The translations under genes were made by a program, and so were the position numbers. This document shows, piece by piece, positions 24,491-36,769 of a stretch of 64,000 bases of DNA (positions within the stretch are counted from its first letter, which is position 1; the number at the start of each line of letters is the position of its first letter). Under the pieces are notes generated by a model. It was not told the DNA's origin, did no database searches, and saw nothing but the letters and a program-made list of their open reading frames with translations. This DNA comes from Pristiophorus japonicus. Lineage: Eukaryota. Location: positions 27,714,001 through 27,778,000 of the forward strand of contig NC_091999.1 in assembly GCF_044704955.1 (NCBI RefSeq), written 5' to 3'.

Positions 24491-25312
24491 TGGGAGGGGG
24501 CGAGCCCGAGTTGGGGTAGGGGGAGAGACGGGGTTGGGGGAGCCGGAGTTGGTGGAGAGGGGAAGGGAGAAAGAACGAGTTGGGGGAGAGGGGTGGAGAG
24601 GGAGAGCCTGAGTTGGGGGAGGGGGGATGGGGAGAGCACAAGTTGGGGGAGAGGGGGAGGGGAAGAGCCCGAGTTGGGGTAGAGGGTGAGAGTCCGATTG
24701 AGGGGGAGGGGGGATCCCGGGTTGCGGGGGAGGGGGAGGAGGAAAGCTCGTGTTGGGGGAGAGAGGGAGGGGGAGCCCGAGTTTGGGGAGAGGGGGAGGG
24801 GGAGCCCGAGTTGAGGGAGAGGTGGAGGGGGAGAGCCCGAGTTGGGGGAGAGAGGGAGGGGGAGAGCCCGTGTTGGGGGAGAGGGTGAGGGAGGGGGAGA
24901 GCCCGAGTTGGGGGAGTGGGGGAGGGGGAATGCCCAAGTTTTTTGGGGAGAGGGGGAAGGGGAGGAGCCTGAGTTGTGGGGAGGAGAGGAGTCCGAGTTG
25001 GGGGGTGGGGAGGAACCCTAGTTGGGGGAGGTGAGAAGCCCCAGTTGTGGGGGAGAGGAGTAGCCTGAGTTGCGGGGGGGGGGTGTGGTGATAGCTCGAG
25101 TCGGGGGGGAGGGGAGGATGTAGGAGCCCGAGTCGGTAGGAGAGGGGAGGGTGGAGGAGCCCGAGTCGGGAGGGGAGGGAGCCCGAGCCAGAGTGTGGTA
25201 GGTGGGAGGGGAGGGAGCCCGAGTTGTGGGGGGAGGGTAGGGAGCCCGAGTTGAGCTGGGAGAGAGCCCGAGTTGGGGAGAGGAGGGGTGGGAGCCCGAG
25301 TTGGGGGAGGGG
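24491..25312 (+). repeat. G-rich degenerate repeat (GGGAGCCCGAGTTGGGGG core)
   Basis: Seen directly; dense G-runs on one strand. Confidence 0.9.
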
Positions 25313-25314
25313 TG

Positions 25315-25528
25315 TGTTCTGTATCTGTAAAGCATGCACTCCCATGTTCTGCCAACAGGTATCACATCCCCTGAAGTCCCAAGGGATCCCAGCATCCCTT
25401 GGGAGCACTGTATATAAGCCGGCCCCGAAGGCCTGTTCCTCATTCTGGAGTGCCTTAATAAAGACTGAGGTCACTGTTACTTTAACCTCCCTGTGAGCAG
25501 TCTCATCTCTGTTAGGAACACAATAACA
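25315..25528 (+). mobile_element. 5' LTR of a Ty3/Gypsy element
   Basis: TG start, TATATAA, AATAAA, followed by (A)GGCGACGA, a tRNA-Ser(GCU)-type PBS. Confidence 0.75.
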
Positions 25529-27812
25529 GGCGACGACTATGCAAATCCAATGGAAAGATGCAGCAAACTGTGGGCGTCCTGGAGAAGGTCTTGGAGGATG
25601 GGGACTAGGAAGCCTATGTCGAACGGCTAAACCAGTACTTTGTAGCCAATGAGCTGGATGGAGAAGGAGGTGCTGCGAAAAGGAGAGCAGTCCTCCTCAC
25701 GGTTTGCGGGGCACCGACCTACAGCCTCATGAAGAATCTTCTGGCTTCAGTGATACTCACAGATAAGTCGTATGAGGAGCTGTGTGCACTGGTTCGGGAG
25801 CATCTTAACCCGAGGGAGAGCGTGCTGATGGCGTGGTATCGGTTCTACATGTGCCAGCGATCTGAAGGTCAGGAAGTGGCGAGCTACATCGCCGAGCTAA
25901 GGCGACTTGCAGGACAATGTGAATATGATGGCTACCTGGAGCAGCTGCTCGGAGACTTTTTTGTACTGGGCATTGGCCACGAGACCATCTGACGAAAACT
26001 TTTGACTGAAGAGACACCGACCCTCAGTAAGTCCATTGAAATAGCATAGGCGTTTATGTCCGTCAGTGATAACACCAAACAAATCTCTCAGCACACAAGT
26101 GCTTGCAATGTTCACAAATTAATTGGAACTGCGTTTGTGAGCAGAAATGTACAGGGCAGAAACCACGAGTTTGCAACAGCCAGAATGCCTCAGGTGACCA
26201 GATGACTCAGAGTCCGCAACAAAGGATGAATGCAAGGTAATTCACACCTTGTTGGCGTTGTGCAGGCTTCCATTCAGCCTATTCATGCCGCTCCAAAGGG
26301 TATGTTTGCAACAGCTGTGGAAAAATGGGGCTCCTCCAACGAGCTTGCAACCTGCTGACCACCACGTGGCAGAGGAAGATCGGTCCATGGTGGATAAAAG
26401 CAATTTCGAGCCTCAGAGAGGAGGCAGATGCTGAAGTAGACGGGCTGTACACATTTTCGACAAAATGTCCACCTATAATGCTAAATGTTAAATTGAATGG
26501 CTTACCCGTAGCCATGGAACTGGACACTAGCGCTTGCCAATCCATCATGGGTAAAAAGATGTTTGAGAGACTGTGGTGCAACAAGACTCTCATACCAGCC
26601 CTGAGCCCCATGCACACGAAACTGAGAACGTACACCAAAGAGCTCATCACTGTCCTGCGCAGCGCCATGGTCAAGGTCACCTACGAGGGCACGGTGCATG
26701 AGCTGCCACTCTGGATTGTCCCGGGCGATGGCCACACACTGCTTGGAAGGAGTTGGCTGGGCAAAATCCGCTGGAACTGGGTTGACATCCGAGCGCTATC
26801 ACATGTCAATGAGGCCTCATGTACCCAGGTTCTTAAAAATATCCTTCCCTTTTTGAGCCAGGCATTAGACATTTTTACCGGGGCGAAGGTGCTCATCCAC
26901 TTGGTCCCAGAGGTACGGCCCATTCACCACAAGGTGCGAGCGGTACCTCACATGATGAGGGAGAGAGTGGAAATCGAGTTGGACAGGTTGCAACGCGAGG
27001 ACATCATCTCCCCAGTGGAATTCAGTAAGTGGGCCAGCCCGATTGTTCCTAAGTGATGGCACAGTCAGGATTTGCGGCGATTATAAAGTAACTATTAATT
27101 ATTTCTCGCTACAGGACCAATACCCACTACCTAAGGCAGACTACCTATTTGCGATGCTGGCAGGAGGCAAGACGTTCACCAAGCTCGACTAAACTTCGGC
27201 CTACATGACGCAGGAGCTGGAGGAGACTTCGAAGGGCCTCACCTGCATCAACACGCACAAGGGACTGTTCATCTCCAACAGATGCCCGTTTGGATTTCGG
27301 TTGGCTGCAGCGATCTTCCAGAGAAACATGGAGAGCCTACTCAAGTCGGTACCATGCACAGTGGTCTTTCAGGACGACATATTGGTCATGGGTCGGGACA
27401 CTGTGGAGCACCTACAAACCTAGAGGGGGTCCTCCAGCGAATGGATCGCGTAGGGCTGCGGCTGAAGAGGTCGAAATACGTTTTCATGGCAATAGAAGTG
27501 GAGTTTTTGGGGAGAAAGATTGCGGCGGACGGCATTCGGCCCACATACGCCAAGACAGAGGCTATCAGGAACGCGCCCAGGCCACAGAACATCATGGAGC
27601 TGCGGTCGTTCCTGGGACTTCTCAACTATTTTGGCAAATTTCTACCGGGGTTAAGCACCCTCTTAGAGCCCTTACATGTGTTATTGCGTAAAGGTGAGAA
27701 CTGGGTATGGGGGAAAAAAACAAGTAATTGCTTTTGAGAAAGCTAGAAACATTTTATGCTCCAACAAGCTGCTTGTATTGTATAACCTGTGTAAAAGACT
27801 TGTGCGAGCATG
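25529..27812 (+). mobile_element. Ty3/Gypsy (Mag-like) gag-pro-RT, decayed, truncated at the start of RNase H
   Basis: Gag YVERLNQYFVAN, two degenerate zinc knuckles, protease ELDTSA, RT WASPIVP, VFQDDIL, ELRSFLGLLNY. Confidence 0.9.
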
Positions 27813-28339
27813 TGTTTTGGATCGATAATAATAGATCCAGATTCGGGATCTGGATGAATGTTAAATAAGAGACAAGACAAATAAAGTAAAGATAAAACAC
27901 CATTTACTGAGAGAAAGGAAACATCATACAGTTTACGAAGAAAAGGGAAGTATGATAAGATGCAACAAAGCTCACAGCCTTCGACCCGTCGGGAACTCCG
28001 CAACGACGGCTGGTCTGGAGCCTTAGGGGTCCTGGCACCACTCGCGAATCACGGTCTAAGGTGAAATTCAAAGAGCTACTGGACAGTTCCGTTCCTTTAT
28101 ACTGTTGAATAAACATAGGTGCATGTGGCGTATGGACAACTCCTAATCTGTAAGGCCCCAGATGTTCTTCCACAAAGCATGAGGCCTCGAGGCGCTGATC
28201 GTCCCACAAACAAAATGGTGTGCGCATCAAGGTCTCTCTCTCTCTGGATCAACAACATTCCACGAGGCATGAAGCAGATACACACTGTAAGTGTCGGAAT
28301 ATCATAATTAACCCTATGTGATTAACCCTATACAATACA
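27813..28339 (-). mobile_element. ERV 3' LTR (527 bp)
   Basis: TG..CA ends; about 92% identical to 33653-34187 by eye (19 mismatches in the first ~250 nt). Confidence 0.92.
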
Positions 28340-28397
28340 ATCCAATCTTGATATTTAGACATTCTAAGTAATATAATCGAGTTGAAAGCGTAATGCA

Positions 28398-28863
28398 TCA
28401 GTTACATATTGTGTATGTGCGAACAACGCCCACAATCTCCATCAAAGAATACATAAATATCAGTAATAACGCGATGAGTAAAACAACGATAGGATGTAGT
28501 AACAGCTTCAAAGCGGCAGATTTCTTTGGGAACCATTCGTAAAAGATGTCCCACCAATGGTTTACAGTAAGGTCATTGACCGTTGTCGCAACTCTGACCA
28601 AGGCGCCTTCACTGTAACTCATAGCAACTTGCAGAGTATGAAGAGTACGCCCTCGTTTGCTCAATTCGTCAGTGACCTTTTGATTATCTTTTAGAAATTG
28701 AGCTTAACGAGTTAGGTCTACAGTGTGGAGGAAGGTTAGTAATTGTCTTGCATACGATCACTGTTAGCTATCCGCCACCCCATGCTGTGTTTGAGGATGG
28801 AAGTAGCACAGTCACAGATAACGAGACACAGAGGCTGGCCAGCACGAGTTGGTAAGTCGCCAT
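28398..28863 (-). pseudogene. env: ERV env, internally deleted (signal peptide plus TM end only)
   Basis: Acceptor CCCACAG at 28878; MATYQLVLASLCVSLSVTVLL signal-like peptide; NHWWDIFYEW..LLLHPIVVLLIALLLIF TM. Confidence 0.65.
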
Positions 28864-28905
28864 TTTGGGCTGAATTCCTGTGGGAGGAATCATAATTATA
28901 TTAAT

Positions 28906-31900
28906 TCAGCCCCGTTTAGTCAATTTACCCTTGTCAACAGAGGGAGGAACATCTTGACCGGTCAGGAGCACCCAATAAGTATTTTGTTCTCCTTTCACTA
29001 ACTTTCCCCCTGCTTGTAAGCGTTTCTGGGGGTACTGCACCCACACTTTTCCTCCTTCACAAACTGTGTCCTGAGTCTGATTTTCTTTTTCAATAGTAGG
29101 GACACTAACTTTGCCTAACATGTGGCTTATGGGAGTTTCCCCCCCCACAATGGTCGGTGATTCAGATTGCGCACTGCTTGTGGGAAAATCTTTAACCACC
29201 CTTGCAATGTGTTAGTGGGAGTTAATATTTTAATCTGTTGTTTAAGTAATCCATTCATGCGTTCCATTAAACCTGCAGCTTGCGGATAGTAAGGTATGTG
29301 AAACATCCAATAGATCTCGTTATCTACCGTCCACTGTTGCACTGTTTGACCTGTGAAGTGCGACCCATTATCGGACTGCACTTCTGCTGGTTCACCGTAG
29401 TATGTGATTAAATTCTCCAGTCCTTTAATCGTACTTGGTTGATTCGCTTTAGTCACTGGATAAGCGATCAAAAGTATAGAATAGGTATCAACAATAGTGA
29501 GCAAATATTGGAACTGTTGTTGCAATGGTAAAGGTCCTAAATCATCAACTTGCCATGTTTCTGCTGGTTGAGTCCCTCTCTTAATTGTCGTTGTAGGGGG
29601 AAATGCTTCACCTTTTGACAAATTTCACAGGTGTTTATGATCTGATTAGCACCGTCCGTAGTCAAATGTAACCCCCCATTTCGTGCCCACTGTATCGTAC
29701 CCTGAATGCCCAAATGTCCAGATTTGTGGTGGGCCCACTTGCCTATGCCATATTCTTCCTCTTCCGCCTCTTTGACAGCCCGTACCCGGGCTATATTATC
29801 AACTGTGTTATTATATTCAGAGGTCTTTGAAGTGTTTTTCATGTGAGTGTCCACATGATATACAGTTATTTTCATCTTCTGGGCTTTGGAACATATTTGT
29901 TCCCATAGGTACTTTCCCCACAAGTCTTTCCCAGTTATTTGCCAGTTATGTTCATGCCAGTTTCGCATTCAGCCCGCCATGCCATTGGCTACTGCCCATG
30001 AGTAAGTATATATGTGTATTTGTTGCTGTTCCTCTTCTAGCGCAGGGACTACAGCTGCTAGTTCTGCTTGCTGGCTGGAGCCTCCCACGCCCTCATCATG
30101 CACAATTGTCTGGTTTTTTGGATTGAAGGCAGCGGCTCGCCATCACCGAAGGCCATTTCGCCAGACCGCTGAGCCACCTGTGAACCAGGCATGGTTACGT
30201 TCTTCGGGTGTTAACTATTCAAAAGACACATCCAAGGAGATCGGTGACTCTTTGGTTAAACTGACAGACCACTGCGTAAGTTCACTCTCAGCTGTTTGTA
30301 GGTATCCAGCCACATGCTCATGTAGTCGGGTGATTCCTTCTTTCCCTTTACTTGCTCTGTCTGCGATATACCATTTCGAGCGCACTATGGAGCTTTGCTG
30401 CACTCGCCCGACCTTGTGTGTCTCATTTTCTGAGAGAACCCAGGATAATATGGGTAGGTCTTGTCTTAAACTGACTTTGTCGTCCCCTGTCTGTCCTTCT
30501 GTTTCTGTTAGGGCCCAATAACATGCTAATAATTGTTTCTCAAATGGAGTGTAACGAGCAGCAGCATCTGTCAATGTTCTAGACCATAACCCTAACGATA
30601 TACGAGTGCCATGTTGAGCCTGCCACAAACTTCATACTGCAGTATCATTGGTAACGGATACCTGGAGCTCAAAAGGCTGTCCAGGCACTCGTGGGGCTAG
30701 GGGTAAAGCTTGAGCTACGGCTTCTTTGGCTGCATCAAAAGCCACCTGTTGTTCCTTTCCCCACTCGAAGTGGGCCTTTTTTCGAGTTGCGGCATACAAC
30801 GATTTTAATAGCAACGTGAGTTGAGGTATGTGTCTCCTCCAGTAACCCAATAGTCCCACGAACCGTTGTGTCTCAGTTTTATTCGTGGAGGTGGCCATTT
30901 CTTTAATTTTATTCCTCACAGGCTCGGGTATGATGCGCTCACCCCGAGACCATTGGATCCCCAGAAACTGGACAAACTGGCTAGGGCCCTGCACCTTCTT
31001 CGGATTTATCTCCAAGCCCAGATCTCGCATGTGTTGGACTAAAGTAGCTAGGGCTTCTGACACCACAGCCTCGGTGGGACCCCTTATTCGTACATCATCG
31101 ATATAGTGTGCCAGTGAGATATTAGGAGCCAACGTGCACATGTCCAGGTCCAGGGCCACCAATCCATGGCATAGGGTAGGGCTATGTAGGTAACCTTGAG
31201 GTAGGCGTTTAAACGTGTATTGCCTCCCTTCCCAAGTGAGTGCAAACTGGTGCTGTGATTCTTCCGCTATTAGAATGGCGAAACTGGCATTGGCCAGGTC
31301 GGTTACCGCATACCACTCCGCACCTTCTTCAGACAGCCGCTCTGTTATAGTTACTACATTGGGACAGCGGTTGCCAGGAGAGGGGCACATTTGTTCAGTT
31401 GTCGGTAATCCACAGTCATCCTCCAACTTTTGTCGGGTTTCTGCACACGCCAAACAGGGCTTTTGTAGGGGACACCACATGTCTAATGATTCCCGCCTCC
31501 AAGAGACCTTGTATGGTTTCCCCTATTTCTTTGTGTCCCCCAGGTATTTGGTACTGTTTCATAGTCACTATACGCAATGGCCGTGGTATTACCACTGGTT
31601 CCCACTTTGCTTCCTCTGCAATCTCAATGATCGCCCATATCCCGAATGAGAATCGCCCGAACGAGATGTTGTGTGTGGTTCCCTTTAAAAGGTCCATCCC
31701 AATAATATGTTCCTTTACTGCCGATATTAAGACCGTTACGCAGCGCGGAGGCCCATTTCCCAACGCCATTCTGATAGTTGTTCGGACAGCGGGCGTTTCT
31801 GCCCCCCACCCCCGAACCCATTAATCATCATACAGGTCCCTGTGTGTTTCCTAGGGTTTCCAAGGATAATAGTAACTTCTGCCCCTGTGTCTAGTAAAGC

Positions 31901-31930
31901 AACATCTCTTTGTATGTTCGCCCCCACCCC
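28906..31930 (-). pseudogene. pol: ERV pro-pol (protease, RT, RNase H, integrase), class III ERV-S/L-like
   Basis: LLDTGAE; LPQGYLHSPTLCHGLV..HYIDD; YTPFEKQLLACYWAL; H..GH..C..C; WQVD, SDNGSHF, PQAAGLMERMNG; several stops and frameshifts. Confidence 0.92.
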
Positions 31931-31959
31931 GCCAATGTATTGTAATCGGAATGTGTGGC

Positions 31960-33623
31960 CTCAGATCCCCGGGAGCTTGGGTTGATGTGGTTCTAACGGG
32001 GAGTACTCCCGGATCCCGGCCACACCCCAGTCGAGGGGATTACTAGCCTTCCACAGCTCTTCTACGCTGGGATATAGGCTAGTGGGAGATGGTTTCTCCG
32101 CATCCGCAGACTTGACGCTATCCGACTTAGTCTCCCTTACCTCCCTCCTTTTACCCTTCCCTGTTCCCGGGACGCAGTGTTCCTTCCACATAGAATACAT
32201 TGCTCCTGTTGGGATTGCATCAATTTTTTTCCTTGGGGACCCCTGCTTTCTATAAAGCCGCGTACATATCCCTCTGCGCAATTCTTTTTTTTTGTCTTTC
32301 CTGACCCTATATCTTTCCTGAGGTCGAACCTTGTCGCTGGTCCCGATCCCCCTCTACATTAGCCGTTCTCGACTCTCGCGCACTATCTTCTACATCGTCT
32401 TACTGTCCTAACAACAGGAGAGCGTCCCCTACCCGCTGCTCTTGGGCTGGTCCCAATAATGCACGTAGCGCACCCCTCATCATAGGAGGGCCACTCTTCA
32501 TCAGCCTGCTCTGCATTCCTGCCGTAAAGAGCTCCTGATCTGGCCCCCCATATTGTTGGTGATATATTCCTCCCTGTGTTTCCATGTTGTGCAATTGTAT
32601 CGCACCCTCCACCACAGTACTCCAAGGTTTTACCTCCCCTTTCCAATCAACGGCAGAGGGATATTTTTGCTGGACCCCTATAGTAACCATGTCCCATAGC
32701 GAACTTGTGCCCTGGACATTTCGTAGCACTGCTGTGATATGGTGGTCCATAATCATAGTCCTCATTTTTATTAACTCTTCAGGGTTAAGTATTACGCCTG
32801 ATGCTCCCTGATCCCAAATCCGGGTTAGCCATTCTGACAATGATTCCTCGCGTTTTTTGCGAAATCGAGACCCTATTTCTTGTAACTCACTAGTGGTGAA
32901 GTCACGCACCCCTCTAGTGGTTACTGGCTGTTCCCCATCTTGCTGTTTCACCTTATTTGTCATAAGGGGTCTAGCTTTCTTGCTCGGAGCGTATGGGGGA
33001 GGGTTTTTAGTTTGCTCCCGTTCCCCCCCTCTCCATCTGACCATTCATATTCTGAGTCAGAGGAGTACCAGATGTCTCCTTCCCAATGAGCCGGATCCCA
33101 AGTGGGTCCAGCTATCAATGCACGTACCTTTGACCGATCTATCTGTAATTTCCGTCGTCTGGATTTTTAATAATTTTGTACTGTCACCAGATGGCATATA
33201 AAAGTTTCTGATTGTTCATTGAGCTTGTCCACCTGTTGTTGTGCAGTGTGGACCGCTTCAGTCAGAGTCGAGTTTTGACTTTCGAAAAACCTTAACAGCT
33301 GTTTTTAACTCTAGGTTTTCTGCCTCACTTTCCTTAAGTTGTTTACACATCGTCTTTAATGCTGTCAACAAAATTCATCCCATTTGTGAGGGATTACTTT
33401 TCTCCTGTGGGAAGCCCGCTTCCTCCAGGAGAGACAGTGCCGCCTGGGCTACGGGTCTATCTTTGCTCTGTTCCAATAACTGCATATCCCAATACTGCGG
33501 GGGTGCAAACTGGGCTAGCACATTGGCAAGAGAGCCAAAACCCTCATCCCTCGTGCTCCACCCTGGTATTCTATACTTCTCTCCCGCAGGAGGAGACTGC
33601 TCCTTGTCTTTTCTCTTAAACAT
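31960..33623 (-). pseudogene. gag: ERV gag, ERV-L/Fv1-like, frameshifted
   Basis: ATG at 33623; PPPY late motif; DFTTSELQEIGSRFRKKREESLSEWLTRIWDQG. Confidence 0.8.
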
Positions 33624-33631
33624 TTTAACAG

Positions 33632-33649
33632 ATCCTGTTCGTGATGCCA
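33632..33649 (-). promoter_or_regulatory. Primer-binding site, tRNA-Ser(CGA)-like
   Basis: TGGCATCACGAACAGGAT, 3 nt after the 5' LTR; one mismatch to the complement of a vertebrate tRNA-Ser 3' end as recalled. Confidence 0.75.
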
Positions 33650-33652
33650 AAA

Positions 33653-34187
33653 TTTTTTGGATCGATAATAATAGACCCAGGTTCGGGATCTGGATGAATG
33701 TTAAATAAGAGACAAGACAAATGAAGTAAAGATAAAACACCGTTTACTGAGGGTAAAGAAACATAATACAGTTTAAGAAGAAAAGAGAAGTATGATAAGA
33801 TGCAACAAAGCTCAAAGCCTTCGGCCCGTCGGGAACTCCGCAACGACAGCTAGTCTGGAGCCTTGGGGGTCCCGGCACCGCTCGCGAATCACGGTCCAAG
33901 GTGAAGTTAAAAGAGCTACTGGACAGTTCCATTCCTTTACACTATTGAACAAACATGGGTGCATATGGCTTATGGCCAACTCCTAATCAGTAAGGCCCCA
34001 GTTGTTCTTTCACAAAGCACGAGACCTCGAGGCGCCGACTGTCCCATAAAAAAGATGGTGTGCGCATCAAGGTCCATCTCTCTCTCTCTCTCTGCATCAA
34101 CAACATTCCACGAGGCATGAAGCAGAAAAACACTGTAAATGTCGAAATATCATAATTAACCCTATGTGATTAACCCTATACAATACA
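33653..34187 (-). mobile_element. ERV 5' LTR (535 bp)
   Basis: Direct repeat of 27813-28339, adjacent to the PBS. Confidence 0.92.
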
Positions 34188-34189
34188 GC

Positions 34190-34420
34190 AAGCCGCACCC
34201 CTTGCACACGCCGATTGGTTGGAAGACTAACCGCCCACCCAGACCACCAGCTCCACAACTGCTCTCCCTATTGGGCGGGAGCTGCCGTCAATCAGCCAGG
34301 CAGTGTGAGCTGAGCATGCGCGGTGGGTGAGACAGGGGGTCAGAGATGGGTGGAGGGAGGGAGCGATTTAATAAAGGATGTGCTTATTTGTACTGCAAAA
34401 ATGGCCGCCATGCTCCAACC
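34190..34420 (+). promoter_or_regulatory. CpG-rich promoter-like module resembling 17765-17936
   Basis: ATTGGTTGGA, ATTGGGCGGG, GTCAATCA..AGGCAG, GCATGCGC, GTGAGAC, AAAATGGCCGCC (YY1-like). Confidence 0.5.
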
Positions 34421-34599
34421 TTTTTGCATGATTGGATCCTTTGGAGGATAAGCCACAGCCTGAGGTTTCACTCGAATGTGTAACTGAAACCACCCATCCC
34501 AACGTCTCACTGACTTTGCAAATTGTAACTTGATCCACTTTGACTTCCTGAAACAACAGAGGCAGAACTCCCAGAAGACAGCGACTGCAAGCCAAAGTG

Positions 34600-35280
34600 C
34601 CTTGCTCCAGTCGCAGTGCATCCCTCCCCAGCCGAAGTGCCTTACTCCAGTCCTAGTATATGCCTCCCCGGCCAAAGTGCCTTAACCCGATCCAGTGCAT
34701 GCATCCAGTGCCAAAGTGCCTTACAACAGACCCAGTGCATGCCTCCCCCAGCAAAAGTGCCTTACCCCAGTCCCAGTATATGCCTCCCGCAGCCAACGTG
34801 CCTTACCCCAGTCCCAGTGGAAGTCTCCTCCAGCCGAAGTGCATTATCCCACTCCGAGTGCATGCCCCCACCAGACGAAGTGTCTTATCCCAGTCCCAGT
34901 GCAGGCTTCCCCCAGCTGGAGTGCTTTATACCAGTCCCAGTGCATGCCTCCCCCAGCCGAAGTGCCTTACCCCAGTCCCAGTGCATGCATCTCCCAGCCG
35001 AAGTGCCTTACCTCATTCCAAGTGCATGCACCCACCCCAGCTAAAGTGCCTTACCCCAGTCCCAGTGCATGCCTCCCCCAGCCCAAGTGCCTTACCCCAG
35101 TCCCAGTGCACGCCTCCCCCAGCTGAAGTGCCCTAGCCAGTCCAAGTGTATGCCTCCCCCAGCCGAAGTGCCTTACCCTAGTTCCAGTGCAAGCCTCCCC
35201 CATCCAAAGTGCATTACTGCAGTCCGAGTGCCTTACCCCAGTCCCAGTGCACGCCTCCCCCAGCCCAAGTGCCTTACCCG
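34600..35280. repeat. 41-bp minisatellite, about 16 copies
   Basis: CCCAGCCGAAGTGCCTTACCCCAGTCCCAGTGCATGCCTCC, period 41. Confidence 0.92.
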
Positions 35281-35319
35281 AGTTTTATTTCTCTGCACCA
35301 CATGCATGGAATGATTCGT

Positions 35320-35670
35320 GCCCGGATGGGGCGGGGCTTGTCGCCTGTCTGTCAAAAAGTGCAGAATCAATCGATTCCTGCGTTAATAAACCCCAGGCGG
35401 GACACGCAGCCCGAGTGCGGGCCCAGGCCCGAGAGGCAACACACCGCACCATCTGCTTTACACACACCCGGGCTCGTCCCCAAGAACCGAATCACAGCCC
35501 GGTTCCAGGCCCAGTCAGTGAGCTTCCCAGGGGAGCGGGCTCAGTGGCCGCCATCTTGGTCAGGGCGAGTATGGCGGTGTTTGCGCGGCCCTTTCGGCAG
35601 GGATAATGGATGGGCGGGGCTTCAGCGTGTCTGACAGTTAGATTGGACACATGTTTGTGCCCAGGTCAGT
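35320..35670. promoter_or_regulatory. CpG island-like segment with GC boxes and a YY1-like site
   Basis: Two GGGCGGGGC boxes, GCCGCCATCTTGG, high CpG density. Confidence 0.45.
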
Positions 35671-35714
35671 GGCCCCTGACAGGGAGTCTAGTTGTGCTGA
35701 CTGTTGTATGGTGA

Positions 35715-36200
35715 CCCTGGGCCAGCCCGGCTCAACCTATTGGGCCAGCCCGGCTCACCCTATTGGGCCAGCCTGAGCTCACCCTATTGGGCCAAAACTG
35801 GCTCATCCTATTGGGCCAGCATGGGCTCACCCTATTGGGCCTGCCTGGGCTCATCCAATTGGGCTAGCACAGGCACACCCTATTGGGCCAGCATGGGCTC
35901 ACCCTATTGGGCCAGCCTGGCTCATCCTATTGAGCCAGCCTGGGCTCACCCGATTGAGCCAGCCTGGGCTCGCCCTATTGGACCAACCCGGCTCACCCTA
36001 TTGGGCCAGCATGGGCTCACCCGATTGGGCCAGCATGGGCTCACGCTATTGGACTAGCCCGGGCTCACCCTATTAGGCCAGCTCGGGCTCACCCTATTGG
36101 GCCAGCATGGGCTCACCCTATTGGGCCAGCCTGGCTCATCCTATTGGGCCAGCATAGGCTCACCCTATTACGCCAGCACAGGCTCACCCTATTGGGGGCC
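35715..36200. repeat. 24-bp minisatellite with ATTGG in most units, about 20 copies
   Basis: GGGCTCACCCTATTGGGCCAGCAT, period 24. Confidence 0.92.
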
Positions 36201-36769
36201 ATTCTCCGGTGTTGTGCTACCTTGGGCGTTTGTGTCAGATTTCTAACCCGTGCTGTACCTGCCCTGGGAGAGTTTGATGGGACAGTGAAAGGGAGACTTA
36301 CTCTGCCGTGTACTGAACTGTGAAAATCTGTGACGGGACAGAGACCTGTTTTTTCCCAGAACCTGCCATGTGACTGTGACAGATCATAATATTAGTGGAG
36401 ACTGCATGGTGCACCTGGTCGTTGTGCCGCAATTCCGCTTCTGGGACCAGATACAACAAGGCTGCGGTAGAGATGTCTTTTCTCCGATGGGACACTGGGT
36501 GGCGCAATGGGTCCTTCACCAATGGAACTTGGGTTCAATCACAACCCAGATAGAACGGGTGAAACATACCTGTCAGGCAAATAAAACACAGTGTGACAGG
36601 GAAAATGGAGCAGTGTACAGGAGCCGTGGAGAAAGGAATACAGCAAAGTCCAAGTTACTTCATTTGTCATTCGAGATTTATTAACAATTTCACAGAAAAC
36701 AATTTACAGGGAAGTGTAAAAAAGTGAACATAAAGTGAATATAACTGAGCAATACTTTGAGAACCGAAT

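Noticed and set aside
24284-25474. 396-aa proline-rich ORF and overlapping ORFs
   Set aside because: Translation of G/C-rich tandem repeats
34616-36057. Repetitive ORFs across the 41-bp and 24-bp arrays, and any CRISPR-like reading of the arrays
   Set aside because: Head-to-tail eukaryotic minisatellites with no unique spacers; ORFs are artefacts
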